Positions 10,201 through 19,308 are shown, counted from the first letter of the stretch. The stretch: DNA of 64,000 bases from an uncultured Enterobacteriaceae bacterium (GCA_964441775.1 CAYTVL010000002.1:169520-233519), one strand, 5' to 3'. Notes: generated by a model not told the origin, from the letters alone. Program-made: numbers and translations.

Positions 10201-11502
10201 GCTGTGGAAGCGGCGCATGCACAGCTTTTCAACACGCTGGAAAGCATTACCGACGGTTTCTATACGCTGGATCGGGAGTATCGCTTCACCTATGTCAATC
10301 AACGCGCCAAGGACCTGTGGCGCGGCGCTCGCCCAGAGGTGCTGGGCAGGCGGATCTGGGACGAGTTTCCCGACGCGCAAGAGCTGATTTTTGGCGAGCA
10401 AATCAGTAGAGCGATGGAAGAGCAGATCTCCGTGCATTTCGAGGGCTACTATCCACCGTGGCAGGCCTGGCTGGAGGTGTACATCTACCCGTCCGGCGAG
10501 GGCATCGCCGTCTTTTTTCATGATATCACGGACCGCAAGCGCGCCGAGGCGGCGGTGCGCGAGGACGAAGCCTGTCGATGCGGCCAGCGCCTGGCGTTGG
10601 AGGCGGCGCTCAACGGGGAGCCGTTGCAAAAGTCGCTCGGCACGCTGGTGCACACCGCGACCTACAGCCTGAGCATGGGCACGCAAGCGGCCTTCTATCT
10701 GGCTAACGGCGAGGGCACTTCGCTGCACCATGTGGTCGGCATGTCCGAGGCCTATGCCGAGGCGATCAACGGGTTCAGGATCGGTCCGGAGTCGCTGGCC
10801 TGCGGCCTCGCGACGTACACCGGGCAGCCGGTCCTCACGACCGACGTCACACAGGAAACGCGCTGGCAGCCGTGGTTATGGCTTGCCGAACGCTTCGGCT
10901 ACCGGAGCTGCTGGAGCTTTCCGATCTATGCCTCAAGCGGGCAGTTCGTCGGCTCCTTCGCCGTGTACTCACCGCAGCCGCGCGCGCCGACGAAGCGGGA
11001 CTTGGATCTGGCGTCGCTGCTCAGCCACACGGCATCGATCATCCTCTCGCAATATAAGGAAGCGGAGGCGCGCACGCAGGCTGAGCAAGCGCTGCGCGAA
11101 GCTGACGCACGGTTTCGCACGATGGCTGACGCCGCGCCGATGCTGATGTGGGAAACCGACGCGAGCGGCACGACGTTTATCAACCAGCAGTACTGCGAGT
11201 TTTTCGGCGTCGATTTCGAGACCGCGCGCCAGAGGGGGTGGATGGAGTATCTGCACCCGGACGATGCCGCCGGGTGCGTCGCTGCGTACCAGGAGGCGGT
11301 CGCGCGGCGCGCACCGTTCACGTACGAGTGCCGTATGCGCCGCGCCGACGGCGAGTATTGCTGGCTGCTCAGCACGGGACAGCCGCTCAGGAGAGACCGC
11401 TTCGTCGGGGTTGCCGCCGACATCACCGAGAAGAAACGCGCCCAAGAAGCCTTCCGCGTCTCGGAGGAGAGAGACCGCGAGCGGGTAGAGTCCATTGACT
11501 AG
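7276..11502 (+). CDS. Multidomain hybrid sensor histidine kinase: CheB-type methylesterase domain, PAS, GAF, HisKA/HATPase, receiver, then PAS-GAF-PAS
   Basis: CheB-like catalytic region (VTSAGG...GMGNDG...AAIESGAADLVLPL), HisKA H-box (FFSNISHEFRTPLT), HATPase N/G boxes (VRDTGVGIP, GSGIGLALV), receiver (VLVVDDNADMRVY...ADVMMPNLDGFEL...KPF). ATG at 7276 with GGAG Shine-Dalgarno. Confidence 0.85.
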   Translation: MASKHLLEALPSETTRSSFAVVALVTSAGGLEASSAILRTLPSDWPTAVLVAMHLSGQGSALVEILSRHSSLPIVWAEDGGALSPGCIQLCPPGKRLEVLPDGTCALSPVERVGRDKPLDFFLESLADSFGARVLAVVLTGMGNDGAVGARAVKQAGGVVLVQSEDTAERPSMPRAAIESGAADLVLPLSELGSVIVRVVGGGKLPRPCSEVEAAEALFAGGGELGALMREKDWSTTPLGPVLKWPRALKTAVRIALTSRHSMGVWWGKELIYLYNDAHKATLRDKHPQALGSPAASVWREVWDKLGPRAVTTLAGVTGTFDEAFFLLMERNGYLEETYYTFSYSPVPNDDDGPGGLLFANTEDTPRIISERQIALLREVAAHTVDARTVADACTLSAESLATNPHDVPFAVLYLLDPERRRMVMASAVNLEHGHPATPEVVGLDDASLWPFAEALRTNAPCLLRELSPTLGVLPTGAWDRPPKQAVVLPVASSGRMGRAGILIVGLSPYRLFDDSYRGFLELVAGQIAAALANAHAYEEERKRAEALAELDRAKTVFFSNISHEFRTPLTLLLAPLEEWLRRRDELPPTLASEIDVALRNARRLLNLVNTLLDFSRVEAGRLRAHFAPTDLAALTTDLASLFRSAVERAGLRLRIDCPPLPEPVWVDHEMWEKIVSNLLSNALKFTFEGEIDVTLRVLLKHVELVVRDTGVGIPQAEIPHLFKRFHRVQGMRARTYEGSGIGLALVHELVRQHYGRIRVQSKENEGATFTVWLPLGVRQTVETEPIPDMGRGAIAVAATMAEEAAHWNGADEETTSPPAVIQNPLELPPNVPLQMRAKGARVLVVDDNADMRVYLQRLLTAYWQVSTAKDGAEALTQMTSVCPDLILADVMMPNLDGFELVRRLRQDEAFKHIPIILVTARAGEEAAIEGLLAGAHDYLAKPFSARELVACVGAQLELARLRMDAARREQALRQAVEAAHAQLFNTLESITDGFYTLDREYRFTYVNQRAKDLWRGARPEVLGRRIWDEFPDAQELIFGEQISRAMEEQISVHFEGYYPPWQAWLEVYIYPSGEGIAVFFHDITDRKRAEAAVREDEACRCGQRLALEAALNGEPLQKSLGTLVHTATYSLSMGTQAAFYLANGEGTSLHHVVGMSEAYAEAINGFRIGPESLACGLATYTGQPVLTTDVTQETRWQPWLWLAERFGYRSCWSFPIYASSGQFVGSFAVYSPQPRAPTKRDLDLASLLSHTASIILSQYKEAEARTQAEQALREADARFRTMADAAPMLMWETDASGTTFINQQYCEFFGVDFETARQRGWMEYLHPDDAAGCVAAYQEAVARRAPFTYECRMRRADGEYCWLLSTGQPLRRDRFVGVAADITEKKRAQEAFRVSEERDRERVESID

Positions 11503-11531
11503 GGCTTCTACACTCTCATCGGCCAGCTCTA

Positions 11532-12743
11532 TCACCTCTGCTCTGCAAACACTTGATAGCCCTCCGCACGAAGGGTGGTGAGCACTGCAGTGATATGCGG
11601 CGGCCCCAGTGTTTCCAATGTCAAAGTGATTTCTGACTCGCCGATTTCCGCGCGGCTGAATCCGCGCGTATGGACAATCTCTTGAATATTTGCTCCTTGC
11701 TCGGCGATAAGAGTGCTGACACGGGCTAATGCTCCAGGACGATCGGGCACGATCAAGCTAATGCGAGCTAGGCGTCCTTCTTGCACCAACCCTTTTTCGA
11801 TCACCCGAGCGACCACATTCACATCGATGTTGCCGCCGGACAATAGCAGTACGGCTGTTTGTCCTTGCAAGTTCAATGGACGATTCAACAAGGCCGCCAG
11901 GGTCGAGGCCGCTGCTCCTTCCACCACGGTTTTTTCATTTTCCAAGAGCAATAAAATGGCAAGAGCGAGCTCAGCTTCACTAACAGTGACAATTTCATCG
12001 ACATACCGTTGCACGAGCGGCAGGGTGAGGTCGCCCACGCGCCGCACGGCAATCCCATCGGCCAAGGTAGTTGCCGGCGGCAGCGTCACCGGGCTGCCCG
12101 CCATTAACGCCGCTTTCATGCCCGCCACCCGTTCAGTTTGAATGCCCAGGACACGACCCTTGAAACCGCGCTCCTTCAGCGCAACTGCGACACCGCCGAT
12201 CAAGCCGCCTCCGCCCACCGGGACAAGCACGGCGTCGAGATGCGGGACCTGTTCGAAAATTTCTAGGCCGATCGTGCCTTGTCCGGCGATGATCGCCGGA
12301 TCATTGAACGCCGGAATGAACACGCTGCCGCGTTCCTCCTGCAAGCGTTGGGCTATAGCGAGCGCCTCGTCAAAGTCGCTGCCTGAAAGAATCACCTCGG
12401 CCCCGTAGCGGCGCGCCCACGAAACTTTGATCAACGGGGCAAAGCGGGGCATGACGATTGTTGCCGGGGCGCCAAGGCGTTGCGCGTGGAAAGCCACGGC
12501 CAGTCCATGATTACCCGCACTGGCGGCAATCACGCCGCGTTGCCGTTCTTCCTCACTAAGCGAAAGCAGCTTATTTAAGGCGCCGCGTTCTTTAAAGGAG
12601 CCCGTCATTTGCAGATTGTCAAGTTTGAAAAAGACCTGCGCCCCGGTGAGCTGACTCGTCGTTGCGGAATAGGCGCAAGGAGACTCATACAGCACCCCCC
12701 CAATCCGCGTGCGTGCTGCTTGGATGTCAGCGAGTGTGATCAT
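11532..12743 (-). CDS. ilvA: Threonine ammonia-lyase (threonine dehydratase), PLP-dependent, with C-terminal ACT-like regulatory domain
   Basis: PLP-lysine motif region FFKLDNLQMTGSFKERGALNKL, GAIAASAGNHG glycine loop and a C-terminal ACT-like segment. Confidence 0.85.
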   Translation of the reverse strand: MITLADIQAARTRIGGVLYESPCAYSATTSQLTGAQVFFKLDNLQMTGSFKERGALNKLLSLSEEERQRGVIAASAGNHGLAVAFHAQRLGAPATIVMPRFAPLIKVSWARRYGAEVILSGSDFDEALAIAQRLQEERGSVFIPAFNDPAIIAGQGTIGLEIFEQVPHLDAVLVPVGGGGLIGGVAVALKERGFKGRVLGIQTERVAGMKAALMAGSPVTLPPATTLADGIAVRRVGDLTLPLVQRYVDEIVTVSEAELALAILLLLENEKTVVEGAAASTLAALLNRPLNLQGQTAVLLLSGGNIDVNVVARVIEKGLVQEGRLARISLIVPDRPGALARVSTLIAEQGANIQEIVHTRGFSRAEIGESEITLTLETLGPPHITAVLTTLRAEGYQVFAEQR

Positions 12744-12794
12744 GATGTGTTGTTTGTAGCGAACCTGTAGGAGGATGCCAACGGGAGACGGCAG

Positions 12795-13568
12795 TTAAGA
12801 AAATCGCGAACGAAACAGGCGTTGCCGGCGGGTGGCGTTTGCTAGAGAGCGAAACAAGAGCCCACGAAAAATCATCAGCGCAAACAAAATGAAGGCGCTA
12901 AGAATGGGGGAGAGTAGATTGATGAATGAACCTGAGAAAGCTCCCCCCAAGGTTGTTGGAAAAGTGAGGCGGCCAAACTGAAGCGGTCCAAGGAGAATGG
13001 GGATAGGAAGGATGAACAGAGAAAACAGGGCGAGGGCGATAAATGGGAAAAACCATTCCACCCCGCTGGTGCGCAGAAAATCCACGCATTCCTGCACCAT
13101 GCTGAAGCCCTCAGTGCGCCCTTGGTAAATAATTTCCGGGATGGGGTTCAGAACGATTAACAAAATTAACTCAATGAGGGAAGAGAGCAACATCGCGGTG
13201 GTGTCGCCTGGTGGGGTGAGCAGCGCCAATACATATTGCACAATAAAAAGCAAAAAGAGAATGTTAATGACCGAACCAAAATAGGGACGCCAGCTCTCTA
13301 TGAGTTCTCGTGGATGCCTGCGGCTGCCATTCACCACGCCGGCAATAAAGTACAGATACGAACTCACGCACATCGCCAAGGCCAAGCCAGTGATGAATCC
13401 ACCCAGGAAGCCCAGCCGCATGGCAAACGTGGCGACGAGAAAGAAGAGAGGCGCATAAAGGAAAGGCAGCAGGGCGACCCACCACGAACGACGCCCCTTC
13501 TCCCACGTCTCTTTTGCCGCCTGCTGATACAGACGGAGCGTCGAAGTGATGAGTACGCCCCAATCCAT
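12795..13568 (-). CDS. Hypothetical polytopic membrane protein
   Basis: 257-aa ORF with about 6 hydrophobic helices, no recognisable catalytic motif, ATG start. Confidence 0.45.
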   Translation of the reverse strand: MDWGVLITSTLRLYQQAAKETWEKGRRSWWVALLPFLYAPLFFLVATFAMRLGFLGGFITGLALAMCVSSYLYFIAGVVNGSRRHPRELIESWRPYFGSVINILFLLFIVQYVLALLTPPGDTTAMLLSSLIELILLIVLNPIPEIIYQGRTEGFSMVQECVDFLRTSGVEWFFPFIALALFSLFILPIPILLGPLQFGRLTFPTTLGGAFSGSFINLLSPILSAFILFALMIFRGLLFRSLANATRRQRLFRSRFS

Positions 13569-13582
13569 GCTTACTCCGGAAG

Positions 13583-13615
13583 AGTGCTGAGTGCTGAGTA
13601 CTGGGTGCTGAGTGT
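13583..13615. repeat. Short degenerate tandem heptamer repeat AGTGCTG in the 5' leader of the membrane-protein gene
   Basis: AGTGCTGAGTGCTGAGTACTGGGTGCTGAGTGT read directly. It sits between the nitroreductase stop and the membrane-protein start. Confidence 0.4.
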
Positions 13616-13650
13616 AGAATGGGGAGAATTCAAGAGAGGCTCCATCCCTA

Positions 13651-14289
13651 TCAGTATGACCGTCCCCAACGGTCTCGAAACGTCACAGCTTCCACGGACT
13701 GCCGTGAGACGGGGCCGAACTTACCCATTGGATATCCAATCGGGAGAATGGCGAAGGTTTCTGCGTTGTCCGGTAATCCCAACACTTCGTTGACTTCTTT
13801 CTCATGCAGTAGATGACGCGTCGTAAGCGTTGAGCCTAGCCCCAGCGCACGCGCGGTTAACAACATGTTTTGAATGGCGGGGTAAATGGAGGCGCCGGAC
13901 ATTTTGGGTAGCCCGATCGCTTTCGCCATGTCGCCGACTAAGCAGCCGACAATCAAGACCGGGGCTTCATGAAAATGTTCGGTGAGATAGACCACCGCGT
14001 CTAACATGCGATTCTTCTGCGCTTCGGTTTTTCCTGGCGGAGGCGGCGCGGCGCGATAGCGAGGTAGTATCTGATCGAGCGCTTTCTTATAGCGAAGCTG
14101 AATCTGCTTTTTGATGTCAACATCTTTGACCACGATAAAACGCCAATGCTGTACGTCGCCGCCGCTTGGGGCGCACAGACCAGCGGCAATGATTTTATGA
14201 ATCAGTTCATCCGGCACCGGGTCGGGTTTCAAGCGGCGCATCGCCCGCATGTTGTGGATGGCTTCGAATACGCCTAGTTCCTCGGCCAT
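13651..14289 (-). CDS. Nitroreductase-family flavoprotein
   Basis: Nitroreductase-fold N-terminus (MRAMRRLKPDPVPDELIHKIIAAGLCAPSGGDVQHWRFIVV). Confidence 0.7.
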   Translation of the reverse strand: MAEELGVFEAIHNMRAMRRLKPDPVPDELIHKIIAAGLCAPSGGDVQHWRFIVVKDVDIKKQIQLRYKKALDQILPRYRAAPPPPGKTEAQKNRMLDAVVYLTEHFHEAPVLIVGCLVGDMAKAIGLPKMSGASIYPAIQNMLLTARALGLGSTLTTRHLLHEKEVNEVLGLPDNAETFAILPIGYPMGKFGPVSRQSVEAVTFRDRWGRSY

Positions 14290-14322
14290 AGCTGCGTCCT
14301 CCTTTTTCTTCTTGTGGATAGG

Positions 14323-15771
14323 CTACACGGCTTCCTGCTGAAGACGACTATGGTGGCGGCTGTACGCAAAGTAAATGGCCATACCGATCGCCATCCACAC
14401 GACGAGACGAATCCACGTATCGAGCGGTAAGCTCACCATTTGTGAGAAACATGTGAGAATGCCCAAGATCGGCACGGCAGGCACGCCGGGGCAACGGAAG
14501 GGCCGGTGCGCCTCCGGTTGCGTGCGCCGCAACACGATCACCCCCGCGCATACAATCACAAAGGCTAAGAGAGTGCCAATGCTGACGAGTTCGCCAACAA
14601 TATCAATGGGCAGGACGCCGGCGAGAAACGCGGCAACGAAGCCCGTAACGGTGATCGTGATATGAGGTGTGCGGAAGCGAGGATGCACCTGCGCAAAGAA
14701 TTGGGGTAGGAGGCCGTCCCGTGACATGGACCAAAAAATGCGCGGCTGACTGAGGAGCATCACCAAGATAACAGAGCTGAGGCCGCCGATAGCGCCGACT
14801 TTGACGATGGGCGCCAGCCACAGCATGCCGGTAGCGTCAACACCGACCGCGACTGGGTCGGGCACGTTCAAGCGGGGATACGGCACGATGCCAGTGAGGA
14901 CAAGCGCCACAATGATATAGAGAATCGTACAGATTCCCAGGCTGCCGAGAATCCCAATCGGCATGTCCCGCTGAGGGCTGCGAGCTTCTTGCGCCGCCGT
15001 GGAGACGGCGTCGAACCCGATATACGCAAAGAAGATGACGCCCGCCCCACGCAAAATCCCGCTAACGCCGAATTCGCCGAAGGAGCCGGTGTTAGGAGGA
15101 ATGAACGGGCTCCAGTTGCTCGTGTGGACATAGCCAACCCCAGCGACAATAAAGAGTGTGAGAATGGAAATTTTGACAATGACAATAATGTTGTTGACGA
15201 ACGCGGACTCTTTCACGCCGATGATCAGTAGGGCGGTGATGGCGAAGATCACAAGAGCTGCGGGAAGGTTGAACAGCGCCATTACCTGAGTCCCGTCTGC
15301 AAGTTGGATGGTTTTACCCGGTGCGGCAGAAAGGGTAGGGGGGAAGGTAATGCCGAAGTCGCGGAGAAAACTGACGACATAACCAGACCAGCCGATAGCG
15401 ACGGTGACCGCCCCGAAAAGATACTCAAGGATCAAATCCCAGCCAATGACCCAGGCAAAAAACTCGCCCAATGTGGCATACGCATAGGTGTAGGCGCTAC
15501 CGGCAATGGGAATCATTGAGGCCATTTCTGCGTAGCACAGCCCGGCAAAAGCGCAGGCCACGCCAGAAAGGATAAAAGAGAGCACGATGGCCGGCCCCGC
15601 GTGCTGCGCCGCCGCGTGCCCCGTGAGGACGAAGATCCCGGCGCCGATGATGGCTCCGATGCCAAGAGCCGCCAACTCAAAGGGGCCTAGCGCTCGGCGG
15701 AGTCCTTCCCCATCTTCGGCTTCTCGCTGTAGGAGTTCGACCGGCTTGGTGGTGAAAATGTCATTTTGCAT
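14323..15771 (-). CDS. APC-superfamily amino acid permease
   Basis: 12-TM profile, N-terminal LRRALGPFELAALGIGAIIGAGIFVLTG signature. In-frame ATG at 15771 chosen (MQNDIFTT...). The longer ORF to 15891 adds a non-membrane extension. Confidence 0.8.
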   Translation of the reverse strand: MQNDIFTTKPVELLQREAEDGEGLRRALGPFELAALGIGAIIGAGIFVLTGHAAAQHAGPAIVLSFILSGVACAFAGLCYAEMASMIPIAGSAYTYAYATLGEFFAWVIGWDLILEYLFGAVTVAIGWSGYVVSFLRDFGITFPPTLSAAPGKTIQLADGTQVMALFNLPAALVIFAITALLIIGVKESAFVNNIIVIVKISILTLFIVAGVGYVHTSNWSPFIPPNTGSFGEFGVSGILRGAGVIFFAYIGFDAVSTAAQEARSPQRDMPIGILGSLGICTILYIIVALVLTGIVPYPRLNVPDPVAVGVDATGMLWLAPIVKVGAIGGLSSVILVMLLSQPRIFWSMSRDGLLPQFFAQVHPRFRTPHITITVTGFVAAFLAGVLPIDIVGELVSIGTLLAFVIVCAGVIVLRRTQPEAHRPFRCPGVPAVPILGILTCFSQMVSLPLDTWIRLVVWMAIGMAIYFAYSRHHSRLQQEAV

Positions 15772-15791
15772 GGTCCCTGCTCGCGGATACA

Positions 15792-15819
15792 AAGAGGGCG
15801 GAACCTCGTCCGCCCTCTT
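15792..15819 (-). terminator. Perfect 11-bp inverted repeat between the SnoaL-like gene and the permease gene (candidate terminator or regulatory hairpin)
   Basis: AAGAGGGCGGA-acctcg-TCCGCCCTCTT, followed on the transcribed minus strand by UUUGUAU. Confidence 0.4.
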
Positions 15820-15851
15820 CTCTTGTGTCTCGACATGATAACGGACTGTGA

Positions 15852-16253
15852 CTATTTCTTTAGTTGTTGAATCGCGGTGTTCGCATCCCAATAGTCATGT
15901 TGCGAGGAAATCTTGCCGCCTCGCAAAGCGAGAATCGACACGCCTTTTACCGTCGTTTGCTTCCCTGCGGCGGGAACGCCAAGGAAGTCGCTTGCGTGTT
16001 TTGCCTGCCAGGTCCACTCCACAGCGCCCCCTTCCGAACCACCGGTGTAGGCTGTGACGGTAAACACGTGCTCACCAGCATTCGGAGTCGTGAAGGCGGA
16101 AAAGAATTTCTTGAGATTGGCCAGCCCGCTCTCCTTATGCGCGAAGGTGATATCTTCAAACTGGACATCCTCGGCATAGAAATTCCCCATCTTCTCTAGC
16201 CCTGCGGCGCTGCTGATAGAGCCGAACCACTCTTTGGCCCAGGTAAGATTCAT
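15852..16253 (-). CDS. SnoaL-like / NTF2-fold protein (ester-cyclase-like)
   Basis: 133 aa with NTF2-like pattern (FYAEDVQFEDITF...VEWTWQAKH...HDYWD). Confidence 0.5.
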   Translation of the reverse strand: MNLTWAKEWFGSISSAAGLEKMGNFYAEDVQFEDITFAHKESGLANLKKFFSAFTTPNAGEHVFTVTAYTGGSEGGAVEWTWQAKHASDFLGVPAAGKQTTVKGVSILALRGGKISSQHDYWDANTAIQQLKK

Positions 16254-16282
16254 AGAACACCTCCTTAGTAATAAATTCTTGT

Positions 16283-16741
16283 CTATTCTGGATCGTAGCG
16301 TACGAGCACTCGTGAACCATCCGCGAGGGCGTCACGAAACTTCTTTTCGTAAGAATTCCAGTCGCTCCCGTATTTCTTAGCGTAACTCTCGAAGAGGACT
16401 TTGTTGACCTCAGGATCCTTGACGATCGACCCTTTTGCCGTGAAGGAAGGGCCGTCGGGTTTGCCCACGAAAATTTTCGCTGTGGCTTTTCCTGCTTTGA
16501 TGCGTTTGACGCGGTGCGTCGTTGGCGGGGAGCACACCCACACCGCGCCATTATGCACCATGAACCAAATTTCTGCAGCCTTGCTCAGCTCGCCACTTTT
16601 GCGAGTGCTGGCCACATAAATGTACTTGCTCGATTCGAGCGCTTTCTGCAGTTCAGGTGAAAGCGAACCGCCATGTACTGGCGTCGTGAATCCCCCAGCA
16701 CAGAACAACAACACTGCCAGAAATCCCGCCAAGCGAGGCAT
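16283..16741 (-). CDS. Secreted hypothetical protein
   Basis: N-terminal signal peptide (MPRLAGFLAVLLFCAGGFTTPVHG) from the ATG at 16741. No recognised catalytic motif. Confidence 0.45.
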   Translation of the reverse strand: MPRLAGFLAVLLFCAGGFTTPVHGGSLSPELQKALESSKYIYVASTRKSGELSKAAEIWFMVHNGAVWVCSPPTTHRVKRIKAGKATAKIFVGKPDGPSFTAKGSIVKDPEVNKVLFESYAKKYGSDWNSYEKKFRDALADGSRVLVRYDPE

Positions 16742-16767
16742 AACACACCCCTTGTCCAACGCACGCG

Positions 16768-17364
16768 TTATTTCTTCTCGCCGGATACCACCGTCACCGA
16801 CTTGATGACGACTGGTTCGTTCGGCACATCTGAACGCCCGGTTTGCACTTTTTCAATTTTGTTGACGACATCCATCCCTTCGACAACTTTGCCGAACACG
16901 GCATAGCCCACACCGTCCTGGGCGCTGGCTTTGTCCAGGAAACTGTTATTCTTGACATTGATGAAAAACTGGGACGTGGCGCTGTCCGGCACGGAGGTGC
17001 GCGCCATTGCCAGCGTGTAGGTCTCATTCTTGAGCCCGTTGCTGGACTCGTTCTTAATTGGCGGCTTGGTCTGCTTTTGTTGCAGGTCCGGCGTCATGCC
17101 GCCGCCTTGAATCATGAACCCGGCGATCACGCGATGAAAGATGGTGCCGTCGTAAAATTTGTCGTTGACATAGGAAAGGAAATTTTTCACCGTTTCGGGG
17201 GCGTCTTGATCGTACAGCTCGATTTTGATGTCGCCGAGCGACGTGGACATGAGAATCACAGGACCTCCTTTGGTTTTCGGTTCATTCCCAGCATGTGAAC
17301 AGGCTGGAAGGGTTAATAGACACACGGCCAGCAGACTGCTGACTACGCTTGATGCTCCACGCAT
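16768..17364 (-). CDS. Cyclophilin-type peptidyl-prolyl cis-trans isomerase, exported
   Basis: Cyclophilin signature [14 protein letters not shown]...NGSQFFI-like core, N-terminal signal sequence. ATG at 17364 (MRGASS...) preferred over the GTG at 17373. Confidence 0.85.
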   Translation of the reverse strand: MRGASSVVSSLLAVCLLTLPACSHAGNEPKTKGGPVILMSTSLGDIKIELYDQDAPETVKNFLSYVNDKFYDGTIFHRVIAGFMIQGGGMTPDLQQKQTKPPIKNESSNGLKNETYTLAMARTSVPDSATSQFFINVKNNSFLDKASAQDGVGYAVFGKVVEGMDVVNKIEKVQTGRSDVPNEPVVIKSVTVVSGEKK

Positions 17365-17552
17365 CGGCTGCACCTCTTTCGCTTCAGAATTTTTTATGTC
17401 TCCACCGTGAGCTGTTTTAACCTACGTGGTCTACCAAAGAAAGACCCTGACGGTGGTGTAGGAAGAATGGGAGCATGGGCGCATGGGAGAATCGGAGAAC
17501 AAGGCTTCTTTGCTGTTCTAGAGTATCTAGCTCCATTCCCCGTTTCTCCGGT

Positions 17553-18194
17553 TCAGGTGAGGCTTTCCAAATATTCTATCACCTCATTCACTGACACAAC
17601 GTCGCCGTATTTGGCGCCGATGTCGAAAACATTCGCCTCGTGCGGTTCTTGGGCGCGATCGCCAATCGCTTCCAGCGGCACGATCGGGCGAAAGCCATGA
17701 TTAAGCGCGTCCATGACTGTCGCCCGCACACACCCGCTGGTCGTGCAGCCTGTCACAATCAGTGTGTCCACGCCCTTCATCGTCAAGGTTGAACCGAGGT
17801 AGGTGCCGAAGAAGCCTGAAGCGTATTTTTTGACAATGACGAGATCCTCCGGCTTGCGGTCGAGACGTGGATCAAGGTCAACCAGTTCGCTGCCGAGCGT
17901 GAGCAATCGCAGCGACGGTACTTTTTCCGGCCAGAGCCCGGCGTCGTCTTGGCGATGTGGATCGTAGCCCACCACCGTAAAAATGATCGGGATATTTTTT
18001 TGCCGCGCGATAGCGAGCAGGCGGTTCGTGGCCGCCACCTCAGCATCCAGGTTGCCAGCCAACGGCGAGAGTTCCGGCTTGGTGAAGCCGATTTGAAAAT
18101 CAATCACGACAATCGCCGGTCGTTTGCCGTAGCCCAATTTATGGCCGAGCTGTGCGCGCTCGTAGATGGCGTGTTTGTCTTGCGTTTGCGCCAT
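17553..18194 (-). CDS. Isochorismatase-family cysteine hydrolase
   Basis: PAIVVIDFQIGF...IVTGCTTSGCVRATVMDA pattern (catalytic Cys in TSGCVRAT). Confidence 0.75.
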   Translation of the reverse strand: MAQTQDKHAIYERAQLGHKLGYGKRPAIVVIDFQIGFTKPELSPLAGNLDAEVAATNRLLAIARQKNIPIIFTVVGYDPHRQDDAGLWPEKVPSLRLLTLGSELVDLDPRLDRKPEDLVIVKKYASGFFGTYLGSTLTMKGVDTLIVTGCTTSGCVRATVMDALNHGFRPIVPLEAIGDRAQEPHEANVFDIGAKYGDVVSVNEVIEYLESLT

Positions 18195-18273
18195 ACCTGC
18201 TCCTTTTCCCCTGCTGAAAAAGCTGATAGCTGAGAGCTGAACGTTGACTGCTCACAATTAAGGAGGAATCGAT

Positions 18274-19215
18274 ATGGCCGTCAATAGTGACCTGACCGAA
18301 GCCCAAGTCCGCGAGTTCTTCGAGACGTTGAGTAACTGGGGAAAGTGGGGACCCACCGATCAGCTTGGCGCGTTAAACTACATCACGCCAGAGAAACGCC
18401 AGCGCGCTGGCGCGGAAGTGCGTGATGGACATTCAGTGACCCTTTCGTTGCCGTTAGCGACGCGGCCCGCACCGGACAACCCCACGCCGGTGACCCACCT
18501 CATGGTGCAAACCGGGGCGCGGGGCGAGAGTGGCGGTTTGGTGGATGCGCCCTACAGCGCTGACTATTTTGCCATTGCTCCACATGGTCTGGCCAATACG
18601 CATCTTGACGCTCTTTGCCACGTGTTCAACGCGGGCAAGATGTACAATGGCTATCCGGCTAGCGACGTGAGCAGCCAAGGGGCGCGTAACGGCGCGATTG
18701 ACGCTTTGAAAGATGGCATCGTTTCACGCGGCGTCTTGATCGACGCGCCCCGAGTGTTGGGGCGTGAATGGCTTGAACCAGGCGAAGCCATCTCGCCTGC
18801 TGATCTTGAAGCCGCCGAGAAAGCTGGCAAGTTTCGCGTGGAAGAAGGCGACATTCTTTTCCTCCGCACTGGGCGGCACGTGCGACAGAAAGCGAAAGGT
18901 CCGTGGAATTCGTTCAAAGAAGGACTAGCTGGTCTCGGCGCGGCCTGTTTACCGTGGCTCCACGAACGAAAGGTCGCCTTGCTTGGCTGTGACGGCGTGA
19001 GCGACGTGATCCCCAGCGGGTATCCCAAAGTGACGATGCCGATTCACACCGTGGCCATCGTGACGATGGGCATTCATCTGATTGACAACTGTAACCTTGA
19101 CGACGTAGCCGCCACCTGCGCCACCCGTTCGCGGTGGACGTTCCTGTGCGCCATTGCTCCGTTGGTCCTCATCCGGGGCACGGCCTCGCCGGTGAATCCA
19201 TTGGCGATATTTTAG
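18274..19215 (+). CDS. Cyclase-family protein (kynurenine formamidase-like metal hydrolase fold)
   Basis: HGLANTHLDALCH motif. AGGAGG Shine-Dalgarno 8 nt upstream of the ATG. Confidence 0.7.
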   Translation: MAVNSDLTEAQVREFFETLSNWGKWGPTDQLGALNYITPEKRQRAGAEVRDGHSVTLSLPLATRPAPDNPTPVTHLMVQTGARGESGGLVDAPYSADYFAIAPHGLANTHLDALCHVFNAGKMYNGYPASDVSSQGARNGAIDALKDGIVSRGVLIDAPRVLGREWLEPGEAISPADLEAAEKAGKFRVEEGDILFLRTGRHVRQKAKGPWNSFKEGLAGLGAACLPWLHERKVALLGCDGVSDVIPSGYPKVTMPIHTVAIVTMGIHLIDNCNLDDVAATCATRSRWTFLCAIAPLVLIRGTASPVNPLAIF

Positions 19216-19242
19216 GATAAGGCGAAAAGAGTAAAAGCATTT

Positions 19243-19261
19243 GGCGTGGCAACGCCACGCC
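19243..19261 (+). promoter_or_regulatory. GC-rich perfect hairpin between the cyclase gene and the DUF433 gene
   Basis: GGCGTGGC-aac-GCCACGCC, an 8-bp perfect stem with 3-nt loop and no following T-tract. Confidence 0.3.
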
Positions 19262-19308
19262 GAGTTGGTTAAACTGGGTGGATATTTATTTCTGTAAGGA
19301 GATGAAGA

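Noticed and set aside
17374-17552. 179-bp gap upstream of the cyclophilin gene scanned for a tRNA or small RNA
   Set aside because: No tRNA-like T-arm (GTTCRANYC) or acceptor-stem pairing was found. It is treated as a promoter region.
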